A DNA stretch of 46,782 nt from Proteromonas lacertae (GCA_002245135.1 NGBS01001214.1:1-46782), one strand, 5' to 3'. Counted from the first letter of the stretch, positions 27,926 to 40,629 are shown. Notes: generated by a model not told the origin, from the sequence alone. Numbers and translations: made by a program.

Positions 27926-28079
27926 GAGTTATGTTGTTCAAAACATGACTTTAAAATTCTTTGTTTTATCTATTATATTATTGAAGATACATCTGATATG
28001 ACAAAAAATGGATTCTATCAAATAGAATTATCGCTCCTTTTGCATCAAACTTTTATCAAGCTTTTTTGATTTTATCATC

Positions 28080-31000
28080 ATGAGTTTAAATGATAGAGAT
28101 GGTAGAGAAGTTGTGGAGGATTACAAGGACGTAGTTGATTTCACTATCCTTCAGTTTAGAACCACTGGACGCTACCGAGACTTACCGATGCTAGAGACTC
28201 TTCAATTGGATTTAAAAGCTTGCTTGGAAGTGACAACTAGTTACCTTGATCTGATCCTACAGAATCATACCTCCATTCATGATCCAGACTTAAAGCACAG
28301 GTTCTTACTAAGCAATAGAGTCGATGATATCCTCGGTCTTATTCCACTCAAAGAAGGAGATTACTATCTGGATAACCCTCGAAATGAAGCCGTGAACATT
28401 GCAAGGGACTGGACGAAGATGATCTACTCCGAGAAGACTTAGTAGCTATCAATAACATTGATGATCATCCCTAGAACTCACAGGAGAACTCACAGGTGAA
28501 CTCACAGGACAACTCACAAAAGGACTCTCAAGAGATGGATTGCTATCTAAGTATTGTCAAGGATGTATTCAACACTCAGCTCAAGGTGATGCAAGTACTC
28601 TATCTCTACGACCCATTACCCACATAGTTTTCAACACTGAAGGAGGAGGAATGGATCGTAGTACCTATCAATCATAAATTCAAAGTCCCATAGTTGTACC
28701 TAGTACGAGCGTTGATCGTATAGATGTCGTTTAGTTGAAGCTGAATCGTTGGAATTACCAGGAGAAGCCAATTCACAATTTCCTAGGAGTTCAAAATACT
28801 CACCTTATTGAAATGTCTTCAGATTCGCAACCTAGTTATCAATCCCGATGTGTTGAATGTCATCAGCAGATACTTATCGATCAAGGATCAAGGAATGGAA
28901 GGCAAGTAGATAGCTTATGTCTGGATTGCTTCAACAAGATCAAAGATGAAAACTATTACAAGGAATCAAGTAGATACAACTCCAAAGGTCAGCTCCGATG
29001 GTATGAAGAATTAAAACGTAAGAGAAAGCAAGCTGAACAACTAGCAACTAATCCTTCCGATACTCTACCATGCTTACACTGCAAACGATATCTACCCGTA
29101 AGTAGCTTCACTAAGAAAGCTAATGGAAAGTACTTGGCTCATTGTGATGAATGTAGGTCCCGTGAAAGCCAACGATACTTTAACCTAAAGCAACGACAAC
29201 GCCAACATCATCAGCACCAACAAAGCCTTCAGAACTATCACAACTTAAGAGACTCCAAGGAGCCTTTGAAGTACCCAGTAATAGATTCAACCATGGAAGC
29301 TAAGGAGCAACTTACCCAGAAGAAGAAGAAGAAGTCTATTGTAGTTGATGATGATCAACTCAACCAGGAGTCTTTAAGAAAGCTTATAAAGGATCCAACC
29401 AAGGAGTTGACAACTCCCGAAGATGTAAGTCTCGTGAATGAGGACGAGTTTATCAATGGCATGGAGATAGACTTGGACTCACAACTACATGAGTATTCCA
29501 ATCCCTTTGAAGTCAATGATAAGAATCACTTGGAGTAGTCCAAGGATGATGATGATGATGATCAACAACATGATAATCCCTTGGAAGTCGACTACGGAGA
29601 GTACATAATGGAAGAACCCATAGACAATGAACTTACTTTGTCCATCAAGATAAAGGTTCCTAGATTAACATGTCACTATCGACAAGATAACCAGCAGCTG
29701 AACCAACACCCCGAAGATGACTATGACTTAAGTCCCATATCGGATGGTGATGATGATGAATTAGACTTACCACAGTTGCCTTATGAAGTCAACATTCCCG
29801 AGATAGAAGTTAAGGAACAGGAGACTCCGATAATGCAATCACCACAGATGATATTCAGGGAAGCTGCTAGCGATACTCAACCACCCCAACAACAATGGCA
29901 ATTCTATCTATGTCCATGGAGTCTAAGAACAAGAACCTTCAAGAATGAAGAAAGTGCTTCAATGCCCGAGACTTTGAGATGCATGATAAGAGATACTATA
30001 TCCGATGTCCTAGTTGTAGAAGCCAAAAAAAGAACTACCTCCAGGAGATGTACACAAAGCATTCTCAGGAGCTTCAATCACGATTCAAAGAACTAAAGCA
30101 ATTGTCAGATGCCAGAGGAGAAGTGATAGGAGATGACTTTAACGAGGATGAAAAGGTTAAGTGCTATCGATGTAAGATCAACGAAGTCTACTTATCGGAC
30201 GAAGTAACTAAGGTTGATCGATCAGGACAAAGGATCTGTGACAACTGTTGGCAGTGCAATGAGCTAGTGATTGTCCTTCACAGAAGCTAGTCTGTAACCA
30301 GTGTTATTATATGCACCCCAAGGAAGAGTTCCTCAAGAATCAGAAGGGTAAGTACTACGTGAACTGCTCTAGGTGTAGGAACTATACTTCATGGTATAAT
30401 CAAAGACGCTTACGAAAGCAACAACGCAACTCCGAGAATAGCAATGACGATGATGAACCACCTCGTAAGAAGAAGCACTTATCAGAGTCAAGAGCTTCTA
30501 TGTCTATCGATCAATGGACGATCCCGACCCAACCATCAGCTCAGCCTCCGACATCTCGTAAGTAAGTTAAACGATCTCACTCAATACATTCTAATCCAAT
30601 ATCTTGTTTGTTGGGGGCGATGTTCAATAATTGCTTATGAGAAGACTTCAAGACGATCAACACCGTGATCAACAACAACATGATTAAGTTCAAGGAGGTA
30701 CTTCAAGAGATTGAGATCGCCAATGGATACAACAAGGACTTCAAGAACCAGATGAATAACATTGAAGGCGATATTCAGAACCTCAATGGAGAAGCCGATA
30801 AGACTAATGAGTTCTGTACTGTAGCAAGAGCTGCTGAAGCCGATGAAACCAATACTAAGGTAAATTCCTTCTGTAGCAAGAACTTGTTAATACCACTGAT
30901 AGATCCAACAAGATCGATAAGTGCTATGAGAGAGTCCATGATCTCAACAAGGAGAGTATTAACCAGTTCTTCACAGAGGTAAGAGCAAGTAACATCGATA

Positions 31001-31254
31001 CTACTAAGGCCAGCATCGACTCTATCAAAACAAAAGTAGACTCCTTGAATATCGCCGATATCAATGCCTCCTGTGCATCATCAAGGAGAACAGCTGAAGA
31101 CAATCTCCGAGTGAACCTAGAAGACTTCTTTAACAACACCCGTAAAGGACTCATCGATGCAACCGATAAAGGCCCCGTAAAGGTCAACTCTGAATCTAGA
31201 AAGGGGAGGATCCCTAGAAAACTCGTTAGGACGTCCCATTTATATACTATATAG
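28080..31254 (+). other. GC-richer degraded coding island with repeated CxxC...CxxC zinc ribbons, acidic tracts and a coiled-coil ORF
   Basis: Visibly higher GC and more C/G-ending codons than the flanks. Repeats such as CLHC...F...NGKYLAHCDECR and CNQC...F...KGKYYVNCSRCR. Several in-frame stops and frameshifts. Confidence 0.55.
28475..28534 (+). repeat. 12-bp tandem repeat, about 5 copies (AACTCACAGGAG consensus)
   Basis: AACTCACAGGAG AACTCACAGGTG AACTCACAGGAC AACTCACAAAAG GACTCTCAAGAG, encoding NSQx repeats. Confidence 0.85.
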
Positions 31255-31479
31255 TAACATATGTTGTGTTTCGTTTGTCATAGTTGGCCGTTTGTCTACC
31301 AGACACTTTTAAAACAAACTAAATGTATATTCTTACTTGTCTTGATGAAAAATTGTTACTTTTATGCTTGCTTTGTTATATGACCTACCTCTGCAGTATA
31401 GATTTTTGTTAATATAAATAGTTTGAATATTTGCGCCGTTTGTATTCTAGAAATTTTTGAAGCAAACTAAATGCATATT

Positions 31480-32095
31480 TAGCTAATATAGACTAAAATA
31501 AATTAGCTGAAATGATTAGAACAACTTATTGTTGACCACAACAGCATACAATGCAGTTAGTACTATAATATTAGATTCAACAAAATTCAGAATATTCTGT
31601 AATAAGCTGGGATACTTAACACCTCGCAGAGATGTATATAATGATTATTTAAGAAGTAAATCTGCAGAAGTAAAGGTATAAAGTTCTATTGTATATAGGA
31701 TAAATTAAAATAGAATTGCATAGTCGATATGTTAGTCTAACTATAGAAGGTTGGAAGAGTCCAGCCTCAAAGTATATTGAAATTGTATGCTTTTATTTAG
31801 ATACTTCCATGAAAATAATCACTCATACAATTGCTATTTCAACAGTAGAAGATGAGTGTAGTAGTACTATTTCCGAAGAAGTTAAGTATGTCAGAGACAA
31901 GTTTGAATTAAACATTGTTTCAATCACTACTTATAACGCTCATAATGTCATCAAAGCAATCAGAGACCTTATATTATATAACATTAGGTGTTTTGCACAC
32001 ACCATCCAGCTCTGTTTAAACAAATGTTTCAAAGATGGTAATCTTGTTGATATGACAATTCAGACATTCTTAACTTAAAGTAAACAACTACAAAC
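31480..32095 (+). pseudogene. hAT transposase fragment
   Basis: VSLTIEGWKS (degenerate TxDxW), SITTYNAHNV (degenerate TDNAxN) and RCFAHTIQLC (CxxH). Confidence 0.85.
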
Positions 32096-33006
32096 TTTAA
32101 GTTGTTTATATCAGCAGGTCTGATATAAACAACTTGTCGCGCGAGATAAAGAGTTATAATATATTTTAGTCTATTATGTAATTAAGGTTGAACATTAACT
32201 TACCAAACATATATCACGCATGAATAGGAGGTATAAACCATCAAATGGTTGTTATGCTACATAAAAGCAATCTAAAATAGTAATTAGAAATAGATTATAT
32301 ATACCAATTGGAAATGTCAGATTACAAACATAAATAAACCCTATTAGCAGATTGTATAAAAAGTCATGTTCAAAAGGTAAGTGAATATATCTGTAGTATA
32401 TTTTTCTTAGAAATCAGACATTGTTATTTGTGAAATTAGTTAAGTAATGTAAAAGATAATAAATATCGATGATAGAATTGCTGATTTTATAACATCTGAT
32501 ACTTAGAATATCCTAAAATTAGTTTAATTTAAGCATTAGAGAAAAATATTAAATATGATGTAGCATATATCAAACTTTTCAAATTTATATCTTATAAAAT
32601 GTAAGTTTATATATATATATATTTGTTATTTGATATATTTGTATGACTGAAAGGAATTTACATCAAATATGGCAATATATTCTGTAATTACTCTAGTGGG
32701 GTTATGCTGTTTAAGGCGTTAGTCTATCCACATTAAATGAAGAAAACTACACCATATAATCCATCAAACTGATAGATGCAATTATCATTCCTAAATTTAT
32801 GTTATAATATGAACATGAGAGATCCAGAAACAAAACCATGGGAAGATAGAATTTTATCAGACAATTTTAGTAATTTTATTGGTAAAATAACAATTTATTC
32901 ATTATTTAGGTTATTCAAGAAAATGTGATTGAAATCTACAAAGTTGTTCTAATCTTCATTAGCCTATATATCTATTATTTACTTATTATTCTATATTTAT
33001 AATTAG

Positions 33007-34551
33007 GTCATCTGATGAAGATCTTGATACATTGCTTAGAACTGATCATGCCAAACAGTATTACGAAGAAATAGATAAATTATGCTTAAGTGGTACAAAC
33101 ACATGGACATTTGATCAGAAAAAGTATGACAAATATTTGAATAACATTACTTATTACAAACCAGGGTTGTATAAATCGGTCATGACCGACGGAGAAAACC
33201 GATCGGTCGTAGGTCAATAAACAAATGTTGACCGACACCAGGCTGTAGTAACTATTAGCTGACCTCCTCCTAAACATGCGATATTAATAATATTATCTAA
33301 CTGTACATATTGAATTCAAGCTCTATATATCATTCTATAAAATACCGAATTAACCGTCGGTCGATGCGCTTTTTTCTTTCTTCATAATTGGATCTAACCT
33401 TACCAATGAGCTATTCTATTGTGTTATATATGTAATATAAAGTATAGAATGATTATAAAAATTTTAAAGAAAAAATGGCAAACTTTTAGTTTGACATTAA
33501 TCATTTCTTAAAATTATCATAAATGTATCTAATATAATCTATCATTATATATTCTAGGAGTATAGTTTTACCAATTGGAGCGGCTCGTGAAGCTATTGCC
33601 TTAAAAGAGGCAAATATGCTTGAACATCTTAAATTTAACTTCTACAAAACCTTTTGGTATAATATGTTAAAGATAAAAAGCCTTGATAAATCCATTTGCA
33701 GTAAAAATAAAGAGATTAATTATGCCAAATGAAGTACAATAATATTTGCAATATGATATTCATTACAGCACCTCTGAAACCATTGGAAATATCTGGCTAT
33801 CATTAAAGTCCAAGTTTCCTAGGGTATACATACTTGCCAAGAACAGTTTAAACAGTCTAGCAACATCTTCATAGGCTGGACAAATAAGTAACTTATCCAA
33901 ATCAAATTTATCATGTGATAGATTACAAATGAAACTGATGATTAGTAGAAATAAATAAGAACATAATTATATAAAATACCTAATTATTATTGAGTATTAA
34001 ATTGTAATTCTTTATAAAAAGTTAAAAATTATTTAATTGAATTGAAAATATATGAATCAAGTATTAAAATATATTATAAGATAGTTTTTATGAAGGGAAA
34101 ATTAGTACATAATGAATTAAAATAGATTTTATAATATACGGCTTGTAAGGCTTGACCGACTGACAGTCAAGGCAAAACCTATAGGTTTTGACCTATCTCC
34201 GTCGGTAACCGATAAATACAACCCTGTTACAAACTCAAAAAGTATAAAGTCGAGAATAATAAACTCAACTTCGAAGATAAGTTGGTAGTGAAATTGGAAG
34301 AAAGTTTTGATATACTGGATGATATTCATAGATTTCAAACGAATGGTAAGGTTGAACGTTATAATCAAGTTATAGAACGCTTAGTAGATGGTTACTTATC
34401 TGAAAATGAGGGTCATGAATGGACAGATGTTATAGAAAATATAATTGAAGATATGAACACTTCTTGGTTGGCATTGCTAGCCAAGAAGTCTTTCTTTTAT
34501 GGATGTATAAGAACTACAAAAAGAAAAACCAAAAATATATGCAATGTATAA
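33007..34551 (+). pseudogene. Second Ginger-like integrase, internally deleted and interrupted by a hAT insertion
   Basis: TDHAKQYYEEI, FDQKKY, VVKLEESFDILDDIHR and QTNGKVERYN align with SDHKTLYYEKI, FDKNKY, VIKLEDSFDFLDKLHR and QCNGKVERYN of the 18665-20198 gene. The segment carrying both catalytic Asp residues is missing. Confidence 0.8.
33162..34226. mobile_element. Non-autonomous hAT element (1,065 bp)
   Basis: TIRs CAGGGTTGTAT(A/T)(A/T)ATCGGT, 8-bp TSD TTACAAAC (33154-33161 and 34227-34234), subterminal GACCGA repeats. Confidence 0.92.
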
Positions 34552-35144
34552 ATTTTTATATTAATATTGAAGTATTGGAGTTAGATGTTATTCTCACGAG
34601 CGATTTGCTAAGAGAATATATTTCTAAACTATTAGAATATAAATCATACAGACTAAAGTTGTCCTGTTCTTATGTCAATGTACATGATGATGATGGTGAT
34701 TCTCTATTCTATTCACGCACTGAAGAGGGGATTATAGAGGGGATTATAATGATGCAAGCGATAATATTATCTATTTATATAATATCTAATTAATATATTA
34801 CAATAATTAACTACTTTATAAACATTCATAATCATAAACAAAAGTTTATTAGTAATATAAATATTAGAGAAAATAATAAATAAATAAGAAAATAGTAAAT
34901 TTGAATTGTTTTTTTACTTCCTCTATTATTTGATTAAACACTTTGAATAGGAAAATAAGAATAACAAGATATTATTACAACAGGAAATTCATAAATGAAC
35001 TGTTCTAATGATATTATTACAGAATTGTAGAATTGATACTTACAACTATTTATTACTCTTCTTTTTTATATACCTAATAAGTATTTTACAGCTTATATTT
35101 AATGTTAAATAAAATCAATGAAGAGAAAACTAAATAATTAGATT

Positions 35145-37830
35145 TTGTTAATCAAAAGAATCAAGAATATAATGAAATTATTGAAAATGCTAATGGAAAA
35201 ACACCTAAAAAGGAACCATTACTAGTATATATCTCCACAAAAACGTCAATCCATTTTGCAATACTATATGATGTTGTTAGTGTTCTTAAACCCTTTTATA
35301 ATCTAACCATAGATTTGGAAGATAGAGAAATTACTTTAGGTTTATCTATTTTAAAACTACAGAAAGAGCTATTTGAATTAAATAAAGATAAATGTTCTGA
35401 AGTTAATGAAATTATTGATAGTATAAAGGGTATAAATAAATGCTACAGATTGTTGCAATTAAATGTTGCTAAATTTCATAATACTTGTACGAGCCATCAA
35501 GTTTGGCATTTCTGTAACGACTCTTTCCAAAAAACATATTTTTTGTTGCAAATCACTTATTCGAACCTCAAGCTCTTAATCCCTCCAAAGATCTTTTAAT
35601 TTTTATAAAAACAGATAAATAAAGCTTAATTTTTATAAATAAAATAATTCTTTGTATATAATGGTATATTAATATTCATATAACATTTATAGACAATTCG
35701 TTACGTAAATTTGACTGATGATTTCTGTCGAAACGAGTTATAAGCAGATCAGCAGAGGTTGAAGTTTTACAAGATGTAGTAATTGAGCCTATATCAGGAA
35801 TACCAGTTAATGTTGAACTATTGGAAGTTATATCATCCAAAAAGTCTAAACCTAAAGCTAAAGCTAAAGAACAATCAGAAAAAAGAGTATATCAAAGGTT
35901 AATCAATCTCAGTTAGAAACTATGAAAATATTATTTGCCTACCACGGTAAAACAACTACTCCTGAGTACTACTCCAGTATGACCAATATAAACATCACCA
36001 GAGTAAAAAACTTGTTAAGAATTCTAAACAAAGGAGGTGATATTGATAAGTCTGCAACTAAGAAAGGAAGACAACGCATACTTGGAGAATCAGAATCTTT
36101 GATATTAATTAATAAAATTCGAGATAATAACAAAAGTAGTCTTAAAGAACTTCAAGCTGTAATTGCACATGAAACAGGTAAAACAGTAAGCACTTCAACT
36201 ATCCATAGACATTTAACAAAAAGGATGATGGATGATGGATTGCCTAACATAACATTAAAACGTTTTGTAATTAGAGGTTCTAATAAAGATAATATACCTG
36301 ACTTAATTCAACAAAGAATAACTGTAGTTCGAAAGTTAATTCAATTCCAAGAGAGTGGATTTAGACCTGCGTATGTAGACGAGACTCATTGGCAAATGGG
36401 TCTTGTTACAGGGCGTGCACGTGCACCAATTGGAGAGACTCCTATAGTCATATGAGAAGTAATTCAAGCGAAATTACAATTATTTCTTCAATGTGTGAAC
36501 ATAGTATGTTACATAATCAGATTATATATGGTAATAATAGTATTCCAGTTTTTACTGTCTATATTAAACAATTACTTGAGGATGTTAAGCATTTAGCTCC
36601 AGTGGTAGTATTCTTAGATAATGCATCTATACACCACGATAAAGATATGGAGAGTGTTATACTTAATTCAGGCAACAGAATTTTATATAATACTCCTTAT
36701 AGCTCACCATTAAACCCAATTGAGTATATCTTCGGTTTCTGGAAAAAGAGAGCAAAGTGTTCACACTATACAACTAGAGATGAAGTATTAATACGTATTA
36801 AGGAGTCATTTAAAACAATTACACTTGCAGAATGTTATAAAACCATTCAACACGTTAGTCATTCTGTGTTTAGAAAAGTCTTGGGAGGTGAAGACATATA
36901 GGTCTATTATTCACAATAATAAAGAATTATATATCTGAAATTCTCTTTAAATGTGTGTTTATGTGTTTATGAGATGAAGTTATATGAGGAATTGTAAAAC
37001 AAAAAATTAGAGCTTGAGGTTCGAATAAGTGATTTGCAACAAAAAATATGTTTTTTGGAAAGAGTCGTTACAGAAATGCCAAACTTGATGGCTCGTACAA
37101 GTATTATGAAATTTAGCAACATTTAATTGCAACAATCTGTAACAATTAAAATGAATCACCAATACCTTTTATATGTTGTTTGTTTGATACGATGATAAGC
37201 CTTATATCAAGACTGCGAAATTAGGTTTTAGTATTGACGATTATTTAAATGCTAATGATGCTTTATAAGATTTGTTGGATGAATATTCTAAGTATTTGGA
37301 TACTCCTGTCGCGCGATAAAGAAATTTGTGCGGTAAAGGAAGTAATTACTTGAATTTTGACCGACAAATACAACACTGTGAAAAATGTTCTGAAGTTAAT
37401 GAAATTATTGTTAGCCATTTATTTATACCATACTTTATACTATCAATAATTTCATTAACTTCAGAACATTTATCTTTATTTAATTCAAATAGCTCTTTCT
37501 GTAGTTTTAAAATAGATAAACCTAAAGTAATTTCTCTATCTTCCAAATCTATGGTTAGATTATAAAAGGGTTTAAGAACACTAACAACATCATATAGTAT
37601 TGCAAAATGGATTGACGTTTTTGTGGAGATATATACTAGTAATGGTTCCTTTTTAGGTGTTTTTCCATTAGCATTTTCAATAATTTCATTATATTCTTGA
37701 TTCTTTTGATTAACAATACCATTAGCTGTTCCATCGAGTAACAGTTACAGTACCTACTGATATGTTCGGTATTGCTTTATTAGACACTGTTTGTAGTTGT
37801 TTACTTAAAGTAAAGAATGTCTGAATTGTC
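35145..37830. repeat. Inverted duplication of a hAT transposase segment (35145-35445 vs about 37412-37716)
   Basis: About 300 bp nearly identical in opposite orientation, encoding VLKPFYNLTIDLEDREITLG. The minus copy extends to a VTRWNS motif. Confidence 0.9.
35446..37139 (+). mobile_element. Tc1/IS630-type DD34E transposon (1,694 bp) with frameshifted transposase
   Basis: 131-bp TIRs (35446-35576 and 37009-37139) starting CAGATTGTTGC, TA TSD on both sides. YVDET, FLDNASIH and YSSPLNPIE lie in ORFs 35922-36455 and 36389-36901. Confidence 0.95.
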
Positions 37831-38124
37831 TAATCCTTCTAACTTTCCATCTTCATATTTAATGAAAAATGATAATGAAAATTATCAAGCGAAAATGCTT
37901 GTTTGTTTTTCTTTGAAGAATTATTTGTCTTTTATAACTTAATATTACTTCATAGTATGATTGTATTAGTTATTATTATGCACAAAATTTGAATATCAGA
38001 AAATCAAAAAGTGCATCAACTGATGGTCAAATGGATTTTTCAAAAAATACTATATATAATTAGAAAATTATATTATCAACTCAGCTATATGCATATTATC
38101 AGCTAATAATTACTACAGGTAGTT

Positions 38125-38199
38125 GTTGGTCATGAAAGGTTTTTGACCGACTAACCTATAGGTCATACCGAAATGTTATGACCGATAAATACAATACTG
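38125..38199 (-). mobile_element. Orphan hAT terminus of the same family as 33162-34226
   Basis: Reverse complement reads CAGTATTGTATTTATCGGTCAT, with GACCGA/ACCTATAGG subterminal motifs. No partner end seen. Confidence 0.75.
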
Positions 38200-38706
38200 T
38201 TTTTAATGATAATCTTGCTATATTTATTTGACCAACTAGTCTTTTACCTCCTAGTTTTGCTTCATACCGAAATGTATATTGCGGAGTTGAGCAATCTATC
38301 CACATCCACGTTTCATTTGAAAAATGCTCTGAATAAGGTTGAGTTATAAATCATTGTCAAATTTATCATATTTTCTAAAAAAGTCAAAAAAATTCCCATT
38401 ATATCCTAAGTCTTGTTCAACTAACCATAAATATTCGAAGTTAATATTCAATTTATTTATCCCTAAAAGTACATGTTCTATACTAGAAGTCCACATATAG
38501 TATCCAGGCCATTTATCTGTACAAAGTCCTGTCATTGCTTTTAATTGCGGTAATTCTTGCATAAACTGATTTTGAGTTACACATAATATTGAAATGGTTG
38601 TTATATTGTTCTTTAAATCACAATTATCCGTAATGATAACAAAATAGTAACTGGGTGTTTTTTCATTATTCCATTCTTTGTATCTTTGAATTTGGTGATA
38701 TGTAGG
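38200..38706 (-). pseudogene. 3' part of a host signal-anchored, glycosyltransferase-like gene disrupted by the pPolB element (5' part at 46111-46262)
   Basis: Removing the element and one TSD restores ...VVVMHASSPT-YHQIQRYKEW... The 5' part begins MQFYYFLGIFMMFLVCLVY and the 3' part contains YLWLVEQDLGYNG. The function call is tentative. Confidence 0.7.
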
Positions 38707-38899
38707 TATATATAGTACTATTAGGCTCCTGTGACGCAGAAACGCCTAGTTTTCAAAAATGCTGATTGGCTGAAAACTCAACGGAAGTCGTTTCTGATTG
38801 GCTGTAATTTTTCGCACCCCCAAATTAAAAAATAATTTTCTCGCACCCTCAAAAAATTCAAAAAATGCGTAATCAGTATATATAGTAAATCATTATTAT

Positions 38900-39304
38900 T
38901 TATTTACATATATGTCTATTTTCAAAATGATTCCAGAATTTGAGATTTATATCTTCTGGTGTAGGCTTTTTTCTAACATGATCATTACACCATTTTTCTC
39001 CAAGAGAAGTACTAACTGTTATATTGGTGGCTATTGGAGGCATTACTATATCCATACAATGTTCAACAAAAGCTCCAGGCAAAGGAACTCGATAATCTAC
39101 AAACGGTTCTTTTCTATCAGGATCTGAATCTACTCTAATAAACACATAATAATTCCCAACTATATATTCATCATTACAACAATCTGGTATATCAATAATC
39201 CAACGATTATTAAAACGCATATGCTGATAAATAGCAAGCATTATCTTACCTTCATAATAATAAGGATAGATATAATGCACATATTTAGGAGGATTAAATG
39301 ACAT
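38900..39304 (-). CDS. Hypothetical protein encoded within the left TIR (134 aa)
   Basis: Intact ORF, identical to 45513-45917 except L/H at residue 23. Confidence 0.7.
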   Translation of the reverse strand: MSFNPPKYVHYIYPYYYEGKIMLAIYQHMRFNNRWIIDIPDCCNDEYIVGNYYVFIRVDSDPDRKEPFVDYRVPLPGAFVEHCMDIVMPPIATNITVSTSLGEKWCNDHVRKKPTPEDINLKFWNHFENRHICK

Positions 39305-39460
39305 AATTAATATTCAAATGCAAAATACCAACATCTGAACGATTATTGGTTAATGCAAAATGCAAGTGCATGAATTTTTATTGGTTTATTAATGAATGAA
39401 TATTCTAAAAAATACATGTCCAAGAAGTGAAATAAAGTAGACTGATGTATTAAGCATGTA

Positions 39461-39490
39461 TTAGGGTTAGGGTTAGGGTTATGGTTAGGT
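39461..39490 (+). repeat. Telomere-like tract (TTAGGG)3 TTATGG TTAGGT
   Basis: Read directly from the sequence, about 53 bp inside the left TIR boundary. Confidence 0.85.
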
Positions 39491-39992
39491 GATGAAATGT
39501 GATTTTACTTATCTTCTGGGAGTGGCGTTAATAATACTTTAGATGTGTATTCCGCATATAAACCTGATTTCACACCATAATGATAGTTAACTAATATGAA
39601 GTAATATTTAAACTGATTTATGTATACAATATTTAAATATATAAAAATAACAATCATATAATATAATAATTATACTCTGGTGAGCATTATGAATAGAATG
39701 ATAAAATAATAATATGACGATTCGTGAATCGATAAAAGTTTGATATATTCAAGCTTTTAAATTGTTAACTAAAAGGGTGCACTCAAAATTTTCATATATT
39801 CATATTATAAAAACTCAAAACACACACACACAAAGAAACAATCTAATCATAATTCAGTATATAAGAAATAATTAATTTTGATAATTAGAAATTCTCTTTA
39901 TCATTAAGGATTGATATGGAAACATTATATCTTCTTCATCTACATTCTCATCTGCCATGTTTTTCATTGTAATATAATATTTACCTTCACAT

Positions 39993-40629
39993 TCAACTAA
40001 GCATAATACTTTTTGTTTGATGTATTGATTCTTTGATTGATGGTGAATGAATTGGATTGTAGGATGCAGATGTAGTGTAATATTCTGAAGGAATATGACA
40101 TGGTATTTCTATTAAATAATCACTTTGAACAACATTGTCTGTATTCATCACCACAATGTAACTATTATAACATAGTATCATGAATTTACCAATAACACTG
40201 GGACTTATAACCAATTGGTCCAACATTTTGACATTATCTCTTTCATAGACTGGTTTAATTAACTTCATTCTCTTTGAAGTACCATTGAATGAGACTTCTA
40301 CTTCACATCTGCTATAAACATTAGATGATGATTGCTTATCTTCGATTAAACAGCTTCTTAATGCATTGCTACTGGTTCTCTTTATAGCTGCCGGAGAAAC
40401 AGGCGGAGCTGTAGATTCATACTCTGAGAATTTGGGACCTGGACGAGCTTTTGGAGATAGTGGTGGACTTTGATGTATCGAGTAAGTATGTGGAGATGGA
40501 GGCGGGGTCCAAGAGGACAAACTAAAAAGTTCCTCATAATCAACATCTTGAGAAGCAAATTGTATCTAGAATATATTAATAAAAAATATAGTATAAAAAT
40601 ATATATAGGATATATACAGTGGTTGACAT
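39993..40629 (-). CDS. Spliced hypothetical protein with Ser/Pro-rich N-terminus
   Basis: ATG at 40629 (MSTT) joins in frame to IQFASQDVDYEELFSLSSWTPPP through a 52-nt GT-AG intron (40566-40617). The 3' end may be frameshifted. Confidence 0.65.

Noticed and set aside
28475..28534. Possible CRISPR-like array
   Set aside because: These are 12-bp tandem coding repeats without unique spacers. No cas genes, and the context is eukaryotic.
36389..36455. Programmed ribosomal frameshift in the Tc1/IS630 transposase
   Set aside because: There is no slippery heptamer at the junction and a second frameshift occurs near 35895, so mutation or sequencing error is more likely.
38708..38713. Alternative boundary with AG...CT termini and an ATATAT TSD
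   Set aside because: It leaves the TGTAGG duplication unexplained and does not give the simple empty-site host frame.
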